Shown here piece by piece: positions 1 through 8,463 of a DNA stretch of 64,000 nt. The stretch is from Patescibacteria group bacterium (GTDB lineage Bacteria; Patescibacteriota; UBA1384; XYA2-FULL-43-10; 1-14-0-10-43-13). The stretch is from contig JBAZNP010000001.1 of NCBI GenBank assembly GCA_041649155.1, positions 494,564 through 558,563 of the forward strand. The letters run 5' to 3'. The notes beneath the pieces were generated by a model. That model was not told the DNA's origin and ran no database searches. It worked only from the letters and a program-made list of their open reading frames with translations. Each line of letters opens with the position of its first letter. The stretch's first letter is position 1. The translations under genes were made by a program, and so were the position numbers.

Positions 1-116
1 TTAGTTTTGACATTTTGGGGGATATCTGGTAAATTAGATTTAATATTAAATCATTAAGCTAGCTTGAATATGTGTTTGTGATAATTCTTGCTGGTCGAGA
101 ATTTTTTTAATGTTTT

Positions 117-193
117 GCGCGCTTAGCTCAGCTGGTTAGAGCATCTCGTTTACACCGAGAGGGTCGGGGGTTCGAATCCCTCAGCGCGCACCA
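117..193 (+). tRNA. tRNA-Val (anticodon TAC)
   Basis: Cloverleaf folds by eye. 7-bp acceptor GCGCGCT/AGCGCGC, anticodon loop tTACac, T-loop GGTTCGAATCC, encoded 3' CCA. Confidence 0.85.
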
Positions 194-312
194 TCCCACG
201 TTGCTCATCGAAGATGAGCGATGGGGAATGGTGCAAAGATTGATTCGAAAGTCGGAGGGCGGGTAGCCCGAGACGGGGTCGACGGATTTTTCAGCAGAAA
301 AATACCGGTGAC

Positions 313-333
313 CGAATCCCTCAGCGCGCACCA
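313..333 (+). repeat. 21-nt exact duplicate of the tRNA-Val 3' end (CGAATCCCTCAGCGCGCACCA)
   Basis: Same 21-mer at 173-193 and 313-333, seen directly. The intervening 119 bp has imperfect hairpins. Confidence 0.8.
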
Positions 334-490
334 AACTTCGCCCTTTGGGCTTCGCTTGGCGAGCCAAAGCAGAAGTTTGTCCAGCGAAGCTTTAGCGGAG
401 TTGGACATTTAATTAGAACGCCACTTTGTGGCTTTAGGATTTTTAGTCTAAAGTGCAGCGTTCTAAGTTCTAAAATCTAAAAACTAGATT

Positions 491-577
491 GGGCGGATGG
501 CGGAATTGGTAGACGCGCTACCTTGAGGTGGTAGTGAGAGAAATCTCGTGGAGGTTCAAGTCCTCTTTCGCCCACCA
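491..577 (+). tRNA. tRNA-Leu (anticodon GAG), type II with long variable arm
   Basis: Acceptor GGGCGGA/TTCGCCC, anticodon loop tTGAGgt, variable-arm hairpin, T-loop GGTTCAAGTCC, encoded CCA. Confidence 0.8.
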
Positions 578-595
578 CGTAAATAATATTTTTAC

Positions 596-994
596 ATGAC
601 AATATCTGAATTTTTTTCAAAAGATTATCTTTTCAATCCAAATACGCCGAGCGAAAGCAGATTATATGTTCCTTTAATCGCATTATTTGGAACATTGATT
701 GTATTTGCGATAATTACCAAACTTGTGCGTAACGTTGAGGTCAAGAAAATATCAGAAAGATTTTTTCTGTCTTTTCTGACCATGGGAGTCTTGGGCTTTT
801 TCTATCTGTTTTTCAGATATGAAGAACTGCCTTATCTTGGTTCTAGATTTTTTCTTTTATTAATTCTTGTTGTTTTGTTTGTGTGGGTTTTGATCGATGC
901 CATCTGGACATTACGATTTATGCCAAAATACAAGAAAGAGAAAAAGATAGAGGAAAGATACGAGAAATATTTACCAAAGAAAAAACGCAAGTGA
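596..994 (+). CDS. hypothetical small membrane protein with K-rich C-terminus
   Basis: 132-aa ORF with three hydrophobic segments and a lysine-rich tail. No recognisable family. Confidence 0.4.
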   Translation: MTISEFFSKDYLFNPNTPSESRLYVPLIALFGTLIVFAIITKLVRNVEVKKISERFFLSFLTMGVLGFFYLFFRYEELPYLGSRFFLLLILVVLFVWVLIDAIWTLRFMPKYKKEKKIEERYEKYLPKKKRK

Positions 995-999
995 CAGGA

Positions 1000-1031
1000 A
1001 CAATTGCTATATTGCTATATTGCTGTATTGC
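1000..1031 (+). repeat. tandem 8-mer repeat (ATTGCTNT x4) in rpsA leader
   Basis: attgctat attgctat attgctgt attgctgg read directly, followed by the palindrome CCGCCAGTTGGCGG (1047-1060). Confidence 0.7.
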
Positions 1032-1123
1032 TGGGGCTTCCCAACATCCGCCAGTTGGCGGAAACAATGTAACAATTTAACAATTAACGTGACAGGGGAT
1101 TCAGAATTGGAGAACAAAGGTTT

Positions 1124-2344
1124 ATGACAGAAGAAATTGAAAAGACAACGAAAAAAACTGAAACAATGGAAGATTTAATTAAAGAGCTTGGCGACAATCT
1201 TTTGCCTTTTGCAGAAGGTGACACTGTAGAAGCTACTATTTTGGCTGTTGGCGGAAATAGAATTTGGGTTGATGTTGCAGGTCAGTCACTTGGTTTTATC
1301 CCTGAGAAAGAAATTACAACAAAAACCGGCTTAAAAGTTGGAGATAAGTCTTATTGTACGGTTATTTCTATGGAAGATGATGCTGGAAATGTGGTTCTTT
1401 CAATGAAAAGAGCTGACAGAGAAAAATATTGGATTGATTTACAGCAAAAATTCGAGACAGGCGAGCCTGTTGCTATCAAAATTACTGACGCTAACAAGGG
1501 TGGTCTAATGACTGAACTTGGCGGCATTCAGGGCTTTTTGCCTGTATCTCAATTGTCTCCAGCTAACTACCCTAGAGTCACCGGCGGTGATAAAGACGAA
1601 ATTCTAAATCGATTGAGAAGATTTATCGGTCAGGAAGTGAATGTTAAAGTTATTAACTGCGACAAAGAGGGTAACAAGCTTATCTTCTCTGAAAAAGCAG
1701 TTAGAGCAACTGAAGTCAAAGCTAAAATTGATAAATATCATGTTAGTGATAAAGTTGTTGGCAAGATCACTGGCATTGTAGATTTTGGTCTGTTCATCAG
1801 TGTCGACCCTCAAATTGAAGGTCTTGTTCATATCTCTGAAGTGTCATGGAGCCGTGTAACTGACTTGAATAAAATATTCAAAGTTGGTCAGGAAGTTGAA
1901 ACAATGATTATCTCAGTTGATGATGGTAAGATTTCACTTTCTATAAAGCGTTTATTGCCGGATCCTTGGGTCAAAGCAGCTTCAAAATATAAAGTTGGAG
2001 ATGTTGTTAAGGGTGAAGTTACAAAAATCACTCCGTTTGGCGCTTTTGTTTCTCTTGATGAAGAAATTGACGGCTTGGTCCACATTTCAGAGCTTTCAAA
2101 AGACCACATTGTTGATCCTGGTCAAATTGTTGAACTTGGCAAGGAATATGAATTTAAGATTATCTCAATTGAACCTGATAGTCATAGATTGGGCTTGAGC
2201 TTAAAGACTGAAAAAGATTCAGGTGATAAGAAGGAAAAGAAAGCCAAGAAAGAGACTGAAGTAGAAGAGGTTGAAGAGACTGTTTCTGAGGAAAAAGAAG
2301 AGAAACCCAAGAAGTCGACTAAAAAAGCAAAAGAAGATAAATAA
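1124..2344 (+). CDS. rpsA: 30S ribosomal protein S1
   Basis: 406 aa with four repeated S1 RNA-binding domains (G.FV..G..GL.HISE pattern) and a K/E-rich tail. Confidence 0.85.
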   Translation: MTEEIEKTTKKTETMEDLIKELGDNLLPFAEGDTVEATILAVGGNRIWVDVAGQSLGFIPEKEITTKTGLKVGDKSYCTVISMEDDAGNVVLSMKRADREKYWIDLQQKFETGEPVAIKITDANKGGLMTELGGIQGFLPVSQLSPANYPRVTGGDKDEILNRLRRFIGQEVNVKVINCDKEGNKLIFSEKAVRATEVKAKIDKYHVSDKVVGKITGIVDFGLFISVDPQIEGLVHISEVSWSRVTDLNKIFKVGQEVETMIISVDDGKISLSIKRLLPDPWVKAASKYKVGDVVKGEVTKITPFGAFVSLDEEIDGLVHISELSKDHIVDPGQIVELGKEYEFKIISIEPDSHRLGLSLKTEKDSGDKKEKKAKKETEVEEVEETVSEEKEEKPKKSTKKAKEDK

Positions 2345-2377
2345 TCAGATTGTTCAGGACAATAATGAGGAGTGGTT

Positions 2378-2869
2378 ATGCAAATTAAATATTTGGGTAA
2401 TGAAAAATTTGAAGTTCGCACAAAGGATGTCAGAATTGATCTTGGTTACAAGATAAAAGTTAATGATTTTTCTTTTCCTGGTCCTGGAGAATATGAAAAA
2501 AACGGGATTTTTATCGAAGGAATTGTAAATAACGGAAATACTATTTATCTTGTACGTGCAGATGACATAAACATTTGTTATTTGGGAAATATTTCTCACG
2601 ATCTACGTGAAGACGAAGCGAAAGAGATCGGAGATGTTGATATATTGTTTGTTCCTATGGGAGAAGATGGTTCTCTTCCAACAAAAAAAGCTCTCGGATT
2701 GGTTTCTCTTATTGATCCCAAAATAGTTATTCCTATGTTGTATTCTGATCTTACTGAGTTTAAAAAGAGTGAAGGCATCAACGATGGGGAAATTGAAATT
2801 TTTAAGATCAAAAAAGCTGATTTGCCTATAAATGAACGACAAAATATTATTTTGACTCAGTCAAAATAA
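2378..2869 (+). CDS. hypothetical protein, possible metal-dependent hydrolase (beta-lactamase-fold-like)
   Basis: ORF 2372..2869. The ATG at 2378 follows GAGGAG. Weak resemblance to short MBL-fold hydrolases. Confidence 0.4.
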   Translation: MQIKYLGNEKFEVRTKDVRIDLGYKIKVNDFSFPGPGEYEKNGIFIEGIVNNGNTIYLVRADDINICYLGNISHDLREDEAKEIGDVDILFVPMGEDGSLPTKKALGLVSLIDPKIVIPMLYSDLTEFKKSEGINDGEIEIFKIKKADLPINERQNIILTQSK

Positions 2870-2920
2870 TATTCAATGTCAAAGTTCTAATATCTAATTC
2901 CTGCCTCGCCGGCAGGCGGG

Positions 2921-3000
2921 TCAAACAAAAATCCAAATTTCAAATTAATAAATACTCAATCATAAAGTTTATTAGTCATTAGAAATTAGGATTTAGAAAT
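2921..3000 (+). repeat. AT-rich intergenic repeat (AAAAATCCAAAT...TTAGAAATTAGGATTT family)
   Basis: Shares the ...cattagaaattaggattt... core with 23790-23914, 28540-28637 and 48110-48228. Confidence 0.55.
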
Positions 3001-3007
3001 TTAAACT

Positions 3008-3973
3008 ATGGGCTCCTTTACTAAATTAAAAGATATCCTTAATGGAGGGGATAGCTTTCTCTTGATTTGTCACAGAGATCCGGACGGTGATGCGCTTGGA
3101 TCGATTTTGGCTTTGAGTGAAGCGCTAAAAAATGAGGGCAAAAAAGTATCGATGGTTTGTTTGGACCGTGTTCCTGAAATATTTTCTTTTCTGCCTGACG
3201 TTTGCCAGTTGAAGAAAGACTTTTTGATTGGTAACTTTGATGCAATCGTGCTTTTGGATAATGGCGATCTTAGACGAACCGGCTTTCCGGAACGAATTAC
3301 GAGAATTAAAGAAAAGAACATTCCTTTAATTAATATTGATCATCACCCTAAGAATGATTTGTGGAAGTATGCCACTATTAATTATGTCAATGAATTGGCC
3401 TCATCTACTTCTGAGCTCATCTATGAGATTTTTAACGGGCTGGAGTGGAAAATTACGCCAAAGATTGCCACTGCTCTCTTGGCTGGTATTTTCTATGATA
3501 CCGGAGGATTTCAGCATACGAACACTTCAGTTGCTGTGTTAAATATTGTTTCAGATCTTCTTAAAAAAGGGGCAAAATTAAAAAAAGTTTCTGGAAGCAT
3601 TTCAAGCTCTCATTCAAACTCAATTACCCGACTGAAATTGTGGGGGATAGCCTTGGATCGCCTTTTAATAAACAGGCAATATGGCGTAGCATCTTCCTTT
3701 TTGCTTCGAAAAGAGATTGAAAAACTTAATGCATCGGATGACGAGGTATCTGGCTTGGTTAACTTAATCAGTGCTATTCCGGATACACAAGTGGCACTAT
3801 TGCTTTATGAGACGGAGGATGGTAAAATTAAAGGTAGTTTGAGAACGGAAAAAGACTCAGTTGATTTGTCAAAACTAGCTAGGATTTTGGGTGGTGGCGG
3901 ACATAAAAAAGCGGCAGGATTTTCTTTTTCTGGTCAGATTAAACAAATAAATAATATTTGGCAGATTGTTTGA
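3008..3973 (+). CDS. nrnA: DHH/DHHA1 phosphoesterase (NrnA-like oligoribonuclease/pAp phosphatase)
   Basis: DHH motif LICHRDPDGDALGS, a second IDHH motif and a C-terminal GGGH motif. Confidence 0.75.
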   Translation: MGSFTKLKDILNGGDSFLLICHRDPDGDALGSILALSEALKNEGKKVSMVCLDRVPEIFSFLPDVCQLKKDFLIGNFDAIVLLDNGDLRRTGFPERITRIKEKNIPLINIDHHPKNDLWKYATINYVNELASSTSELIYEIFNGLEWKITPKIATALLAGIFYDTGGFQHTNTSVAVLNIVSDLLKKGAKLKKVSGSISSSHSNSITRLKLWGIALDRLLINRQYGVASSFLLRKEIEKLNASDDEVSGLVNLISAIPDTQVALLLYETEDGKIKGSLRTEKDSVDLSKLARILGGGGHKKAAGFSFSGQIKQINNIWQIV

Positions 3974-3997
3974 GAGCAGTTATTAAACAGGCTCTAA

Positions 3998-4086
3998 GCC
4001 CGAGTGGTGGAATTGGTAGACACGCAAGACTTAAAATTTTGTGAGGGTTACACCTCGTGCCGGTTCGATTCCGGCCTCGGGCACCA
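3998..4086 (+). tRNA. tRNA-Leu (anticodon TAA), type II
   Basis: Acceptor GCCCGAG/CTCGGGC, anticodon loop cTTAAaa, long variable arm, T-loop GGTTCGATTCC, CCA. Confidence 0.8.
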
Positions 4087-4087
4087 A

Positions 4088-4122
4088 GAAAAAAAGACTA
4101 GATTATCTAGTCTTTTTTTCTT
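4088..4122. terminator. bidirectional rho-independent terminator
   Basis: Perfect hairpin AAAAAAAGACTAGAT-tat-CTAGTCTTTTTTTC, flanked by A and T runs. Confidence 0.8.
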
Positions 4123-4145
4123 GGTGCTCTTGCTTCCTCAACATC

Positions 4146-4174
4146 TTGAGTAGCTATCTTTGAACTGCTATCAT
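4146..4174 (+). promoter_or_regulatory. putative sigma-70 promoter (TTGAGT-N17-TATCAT)
   Basis: Hexamers read directly upstream of ORF 4225. Confidence 0.35.
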
Positions 4175-4224
4175 CAAAATAACCAATCAATCGGTCTGCC
4201 ATTGGGTAACGGAGGTGTATATAC

Positions 4225-4419
4225 ATGGTAAAAGAACTGCCGGTTTTAGAGCCAAGACCACAAAGTCAAAATCGAGTTTTCCAAGTGACCGAAGAACAGT
4301 TGGGTCATTACGCAGAAGAGATGTATGAACTGACGCATTCTGAACTAGAAAGGCTTGATCGTGATAGAATGCGTTCTGATGAAGCTGCCCATACCAGGAT
4401 GGTTCCTGGAGGAGTGTGA
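4225..4419 (+). CDS. small hypothetical protein (64 aa), paralog 1 of tandem pair
   Basis: ATG preceded by GGAGGTG. Product shares RVF..EE.G..A.E..EL...E.DR.DRM.S with the next ORF. Local GC about 48% against about 38% around. Confidence 0.5.
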   Translation: MVKELPVLEPRPQSQNRVFQVTEEQLGHYAEEMYELTHSELERLDRDRMRSDEAAHTRMVPGGV

Positions 4420-4432
4420 AGGAGGTCGGCAC

Positions 4433-4609
4433 ATGAAAGAAGCAAGTGGTTCATCGCAGAGGCACACAAGAGTATTTCGTGCGGACTCGGAAGAAGTAGG
4501 AAAACATGCAGATGAAATCTGTGAGCTAGTAGGTCCGAATATAGAAAGCGATAGGCGCGATAGAATGAGTTCTGCCACCGCCGTTCTCATTCGGGTAGTT
4601 TCCGGATGA
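4433..4609 (+). CDS. small hypothetical protein (58 aa), paralog 2 of tandem pair
   Basis: ATG at 4433 preceded by AAGGAGG. The sequence is paralogous to ORF 4225. Confidence 0.5.
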   Translation: MKEASGSSQRHTRVFRADSEEVGKHADEICELVGPNIESDRRDRMSSATAVLIRVVSG

Positions 4610-4689
4610 AAGTGACTTCTGGGGGGTAGGGCTTTTGCCTCGCCCCTTCCTTTTTATAAATAATTAGATTTTACATGTAATTATTATAG

Positions 4690-4722
4690 GAAAAAGCAGG
4701 TCCTGCAAGGACCTGCTTTTGA
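4690..4722. terminator. rho-independent terminator (serves minus-strand BCCP-like gene, also plus strand)
   Basis: Hairpin AAGCAGGTCC-tgca-AGGACCTGCTT with T-runs on both strands. Confidence 0.7.
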
Positions 4723-4739
4723 TGTTCTTTTAATGAAGT

Positions 4740-5045
4740 TTAAGCTTCCGGTGGCAGAAGTAAGACCAGATCGTCTCCTTCATGTACTAGTGTACCGTTC
4801 TCTACCATGATCTTGACGACCTTCATTGGCATAGGTCCATCAAACGGGATCGGGCTAAAGACTTTCATTGCCTCGATCAGGGCGACTTCATGCCCCGGTT
4901 CGATGATATCGCCGACTTTAATGAAAAGTGGTGTATTACCTGGACATGGAGAGTTGTAATAAAAGCCAACAAGCGGCGATTTGATGGCATACAACTTTTC
5001 TTTATCTGCTTCCGAAATGTCGAGACTTGCTTCAGTATTGGACAT
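4740..5045 (-). CDS. biotin-carboxyl-carrier-like protein (biotinyl/lipoyl domain, EAMKV motif)
   Basis: C-terminal SPLVGFYY...GDIIEPGHEVALIEAMKVFSPI...VHEGDDLVLL matches the BCCP biotinyl domain. Start set at the Met that begins the domain; the ORF is open further upstream. Confidence 0.65.
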   Translation of the reverse strand: MSNTEASLDISEADKEKLYAIKSPLVGFYYNSPCPGNTPLFIKVGDIIEPGHEVALIEAMKVFSPIPFDGPMPMKVVKIMVENGTLVHEGDDLVLLLPPEA

Positions 5046-5194
5046 TATTTTTCTATCTTCGCAGATGCTAGTTACTACAGCTGAGAGTGACACAAGAGAT
5101 TTTTCATCTAATCTCGTGATCTCTTTCGCAGCAGCATTGCTTAATCCAGCTGCTATCAAGACTCTAATATTGGCTTTATCTACTCTGTTTTCCA

Positions 5195-5761
5195 CTACGC
5201 ACCTCCTTCGAGCCAGCGGTGAAGCTTTATTCGATAGGGGCTGGCGATTGCGATCGCTAATGCGCACTTTGCTATGTCTGCAAGCACAAATGGCAGAACC
5301 CCAAAAGTTACTGCTTTGCCCAAGCCATGGACAAAGAACGACAGCCATATGGCTCCAAGTGTGTAGATAATCAATAGCCCAACTGCGGAAGCCAAAATCA
5401 TGGATGCAGGGCTTTTTGATCGCTCGCTAATTATTCCAATTGCTAGTGTAGCAAAAGGAAAAGCAATTAAATAACCTCCAGTCGGACCAAATAAAGCGCC
5501 TGGTCCTGATATTCCGGATGCTGCGATCATTCCTCCTGATCCAAGAACTACCCAGAAGCATGCTTGTGCCACTGAAGCTCCGCTTCCCAGCAAGAGACCA
5601 GATAGTACCACGACGAAAACCTGCATGGTTATTGGTACCGATGTGAATGGAAGATAGAGCGCCATTCGTGAAGACGCTACCATGGCGATTACTGTTAGTG
5701 CCATAAATAGAATGGCTCTGTCCCATAACAAAACCTTCGGTCGGACTAAAACCTGCGACAT
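5195..5761 (-). CDS. bioY: biotin transporter BioY (ECF S-component)
   Basis: 188-aa polytopic membrane protein with BioY motifs (VPIT.Q.F.V.L.G.LLG, GPTGGYL). RBS GAGGTGG present. Confidence 0.8.
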   Translation of the reverse strand: MSQVLVRPKVLLWDRAILFMALTVIAMVASSRMALYLPFTSVPITMQVFVVVLSGLLLGSGASVAQACFWVVLGSGGMIAASGISGPGALFGPTGGYLIAFPFATLAIGIISERSKSPASMILASAVGLLIIYTLGAIWLSFFVHGLGKAVTFGVLPFVLADIAKCALAIAIASPYRIKLHRWLEGGA

Positions 5762-5933
5762 TTGGTATCCACCTCATTTTCAAGATTGCATCAGGGATGC
5801 TCATAAAATAATAGGTAAAAAGATAATGTCTGTCAACCTATTTCAAAAATTAAAAGCGTTTATTTTTCTATTTTTTATATTTTTAAAATATGATATATAT
5901 ATACTGAGGCTAATAATTTAATATTCATAAATT

Positions 5934-6578
5934 ATGATCAAAAAGAGGGCGCTAGCTAAATACGGAGTAGCTGGAGTAGTAGTTTTGGCAGTGGCAACAA
6001 TGCTATATCTATATGTTCCGGTTTATTTCGGCGATACGGTGTATCCATTGAAATATGAGGAGTACATTAGAACGTATTCAACCAAATATGATGTTGACCC
6101 GACTTTAGTCGCGGCGGTTATTCTGCAGGAAAGCAGGTTTAATCCAAGTTCAGTTTCCAGCGTTGGAGCTCAAGGTTTGATGCAGTTTATGCCTGGCACT
6201 GCGGCAACGATGGCTAAAGAAACGGGCCGATGGCCGAATTATGACATTTTTGATCCCGAGACATCAGTTGAATTTGGGGCTGCTCATCTCAGGGACTTGC
6301 TGGTCAAGTATAATGGTAATGTTGATTTGGCTCTGTACGCATACAATACCGGAACCGGCAATGCGGCTAAGTACATTAATTCACCTTCGTCGATAGCTAA
6401 TTTTTCTTACGTTAAAAAAATACGAAATTATCAGACTGTATATCAATCAATGTATGCCAAGGAGCTTGGAACTGAGCCTATAAAAATTGAAAAAGTTGAT
6501 AATAATAAAGCGGAAGTCAGAGGATTTATCTGGTCACAAATATTTTCTAGTTTCTCAGACTACTTTGACAAGAACTAA
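5934..6578 (+). CDS. lytic transglycosylase (SLT domain) with N-terminal membrane anchor
   Basis: SLT motifs ES.FNP..VS..GA.GLMQFMP.TA and AYN.G. Confidence 0.8.
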   Translation: MIKKRALAKYGVAGVVVLAVATMLYLYVPVYFGDTVYPLKYEEYIRTYSTKYDVDPTLVAAVILQESRFNPSSVSSVGAQGLMQFMPGTAATMAKETGRWPNYDIFDPETSVEFGAAHLRDLLVKYNGNVDLALYAYNTGTGNAAKYINSPSSIANFSYVKKIRNYQTVYQSMYAKELGTEPIKIEKVDNNKAEVRGFIWSQIFSSFSDYFDKN

Positions 6579-6628
6579 AACAACAGATGACGAATCATAC
6601 AAAAAACAACAGATGACGAATTATACAG
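6579..6628 (+). repeat. tandem 23-nt direct repeat (AACAACAGATGACGAATYATACA x2) upstream of alaS
   Basis: Two copies, 6579-6601 and 6606-6628, with one mismatch, seen directly. Confidence 0.8.
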
Positions 6629-6644
6629 ATTATACAAATAATGA

Positions 6645-8456
6645 ATGATTATGAGAGCAAGTGAGTTAAGAAAATTATTTTTACAATATTTTGAAAAGAA
6701 GGGTCACAAAGTGATCCCTTCTGCTTCTTTGGTGCCTGAAAATGATCCGACAGTATTATTTACCACAGCGGGAATGCATCCGCTGGTTCCTTTTTTGATT
6801 GGTGAAAATCATCCTGAAGGAAAAAGGCTTGTTAATGCTCAGAGATGCATCCGAACGGACGATATTGATGAAGTGGGTGACAAGATCCATCATACTTTTT
6901 TTGAAATGCTTGGGAACTGGTCTCTGGGCGATTATTTTAAGGATGAAGCCATAGAAATGAGTTTTGAATTTTTAACTTCTCCTGAATGGTTAAATATTGA
7001 TAAGAGTAAATTTGCCGTATCGGTTTTTGTTGGTGACGACGATGCTCCTTTTGATCAGGAAGCTTACGATAAATGGATTTCACTAGGCATCGATCCGAAA
7101 AGAATTGCAAAATTACCAAAAAAGAATAACTGGTGGGGGCCTGCTGGTGAAACCGGACCTTGCGGTCCAGATACGGAAATGTTTTATTGGACGGGCGAAG
7201 GAGAAGTTCCTAAAATTTTTCAGGAAACCTGCGATGATCCGGATTGGGTTGAAATCTGGAATGATGTTTTCATGCAATATGATAAGACATCGGAAGGCAA
7301 ATTCGAGATATTGAAACAAAAAAATGTTGATACGGGCATGGGATTTGAACGAACGCTGGCTGTGATGAATGGATTGGATGATAATTATAGAACAGATCTC
7401 TTTTTACCGATCATTGAGAAAATTGAGGAGATTTCCGGTAAAAAATATAATGATAACGAAAAAGAATTCCGAATAATTGCTGATCACATAAAGGCGGCTG
7501 TCTTTGCGATTAATGACGGGGTTTTACCTTCAAACAAAGGCGCAGGCTATGTTGTTCGTCGTCTGATTCGTCGTGCGATTGTAAAGGGACAACAACTGGG
7601 AATTAAAGACAATTTCACTTCAAGGTTAGCTGATGTTGTTTTTGGGATTTATGACAGGGTTTATTATTCTTCGAGCGTAAGCGAGAAGTCTGACAGTTCT
7701 CGGCAAGTCTCGAACAATAAAAAGAATGACATTAAAAAAGAACTCGAAAAAGAAGAAGCAAAATTTAGAAAAACTCTTCAAGAGGGTTTGAAGATTATCG
7801 AAGAAAAAAAAGAAGTCTCAGGCAAAATATTATTCGATCTATATCAGTCATTTGGCTTACCATTGGAAATAAGCATTGAAGAATTTAAGCATAAAAATAT
7901 TGATGTTAATGACGAAGCAATACAGCAATATAACAATATGCTCGAAGAGCATAAACAGCTATCCAGAACTGCTTCTGCTGGCATGTTTAAGGGCGGACTG
8001 GCCGATGACGGTGAAATTGCTGTTAAATATCATACCGCTACTCATCTTTTGCATCAGGCTTTAAGACAGGTTCTGGGTGAACATGTCCAGCAAAAGGGCT
8101 CAAATATCAACTCGGAAAGATTGCGTTTTGATTTTACTCATACTGACAAAATGACGCCGGAACAAATTTCTGAAGTGGAAAATATTGTAAATGAGCAAAT
8201 TGAAAAGGATCTGTCAGTTACTATGGAGGAAATGTCGCCGGAAGAAGCGAAAAAACAAGGCGCACTTGGCTTTTTCGAGCACAAATACGGCGATAAAGTT
8301 AAAGTTTATACAATCGGCTCGGCTGATGATTATTTTTCACGTGAAATCTGCGGCGGCCCTCACGTTGAAAATATTGGAACCCTTGGACATTTTAAGATTA
8401 AAAAAGAAGAGTCCTCTTCGGCTGGTGTGAGGAGAATTAAAGCTGTTTTGGAATAA
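6645..8456 (+). CDS. alaS: alanine--tRNA ligase, minimal form lacking C-terminal C-Ala/DHHA1 domain
   Basis: N-terminal catalytic motifs (FLQYFEKKGHKVIPSASLVP, FTTAGM). Editing-domain HxxxH and CGGPHV motifs. Ends after GVRRIKAV at 603 aa. Confidence 0.85.
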   Translation: MIMRASELRKLFLQYFEKKGHKVIPSASLVPENDPTVLFTTAGMHPLVPFLIGENHPEGKRLVNAQRCIRTDDIDEVGDKIHHTFFEMLGNWSLGDYFKDEAIEMSFEFLTSPEWLNIDKSKFAVSVFVGDDDAPFDQEAYDKWISLGIDPKRIAKLPKKNNWWGPAGETGPCGPDTEMFYWTGEGEVPKIFQETCDDPDWVEIWNDVFMQYDKTSEGKFEILKQKNVDTGMGFERTLAVMNGLDDNYRTDLFLPIIEKIEEISGKKYNDNEKEFRIIADHIKAAVFAINDGVLPSNKGAGYVVRRLIRRAIVKGQQLGIKDNFTSRLADVVFGIYDRVYYSSSVSEKSDSSRQVSNNKKNDIKKELEKEEAKFRKTLQEGLKIIEEKKEVSGKILFDLYQSFGLPLEISIEEFKHKNIDVNDEAIQQYNNMLEEHKQLSRTASAGMFKGGLADDGEIAVKYHTATHLLHQALRQVLGEHVQQKGSNINSERLRFDFTHTDKMTPEQISEVENIVNEQIEKDLSVTMEEMSPEEAKKQGALGFFEHKYGDKVKVYTIGSADDYFSREICGGPHVENIGTLGHFKIKKEESSSAGVRRIKAVLE

Positions 8457-8463
8457 AATATTT

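Noticed and set aside
88-116. Candidate promoter TTGCTG-N14..17-TAATGT immediately upstream of tRNA-Val
   Set aside because: Spacing and -10 quality are ambiguous. The better-looking TTGACA-N17-TAAATT at 7-35 is 80 bp away. Neither is listed as a feature.
128-412. Three short ORFs (128..367 -, 205..408 -, 221..412 +) overlapping tRNA-Val and its 3' duplicate
   Set aside because: They overlap a clear tRNA gene and a structured non-coding segment. No RBS and no coding-like composition, so these are spurious.
1604-2421. Antisense and out-of-frame ORFs inside rpsA (1604..1831 -, 1888..2109 -, 1995..2198 +, 2182..2421 -)
   Set aside because: Fully embedded in the well-supported S1 gene. Low-complexity translations.
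4187-4590. Minus-strand ORFs 4187..4432 and 4345..4590 across the small-protein island
   Set aside because: The plus-strand ORFs have strong Shine-Dalgarno sites and mutual paralogy. The minus-strand ORFs have neither.
5046-5348. Upstream in-frame extension of the BCCP-like ORF to 5348
   Set aside because: The extension overlaps the bioY 3' end in another frame and has no similarity to biotinyl-domain proteins. The conserved domain begins at the Met at 5045.
5427-5804. 125-aa minus-strand ORF overlapping bioY
   Set aside because: Alternative frame of a clear BioY gene. The translation is not membrane-protein-like.
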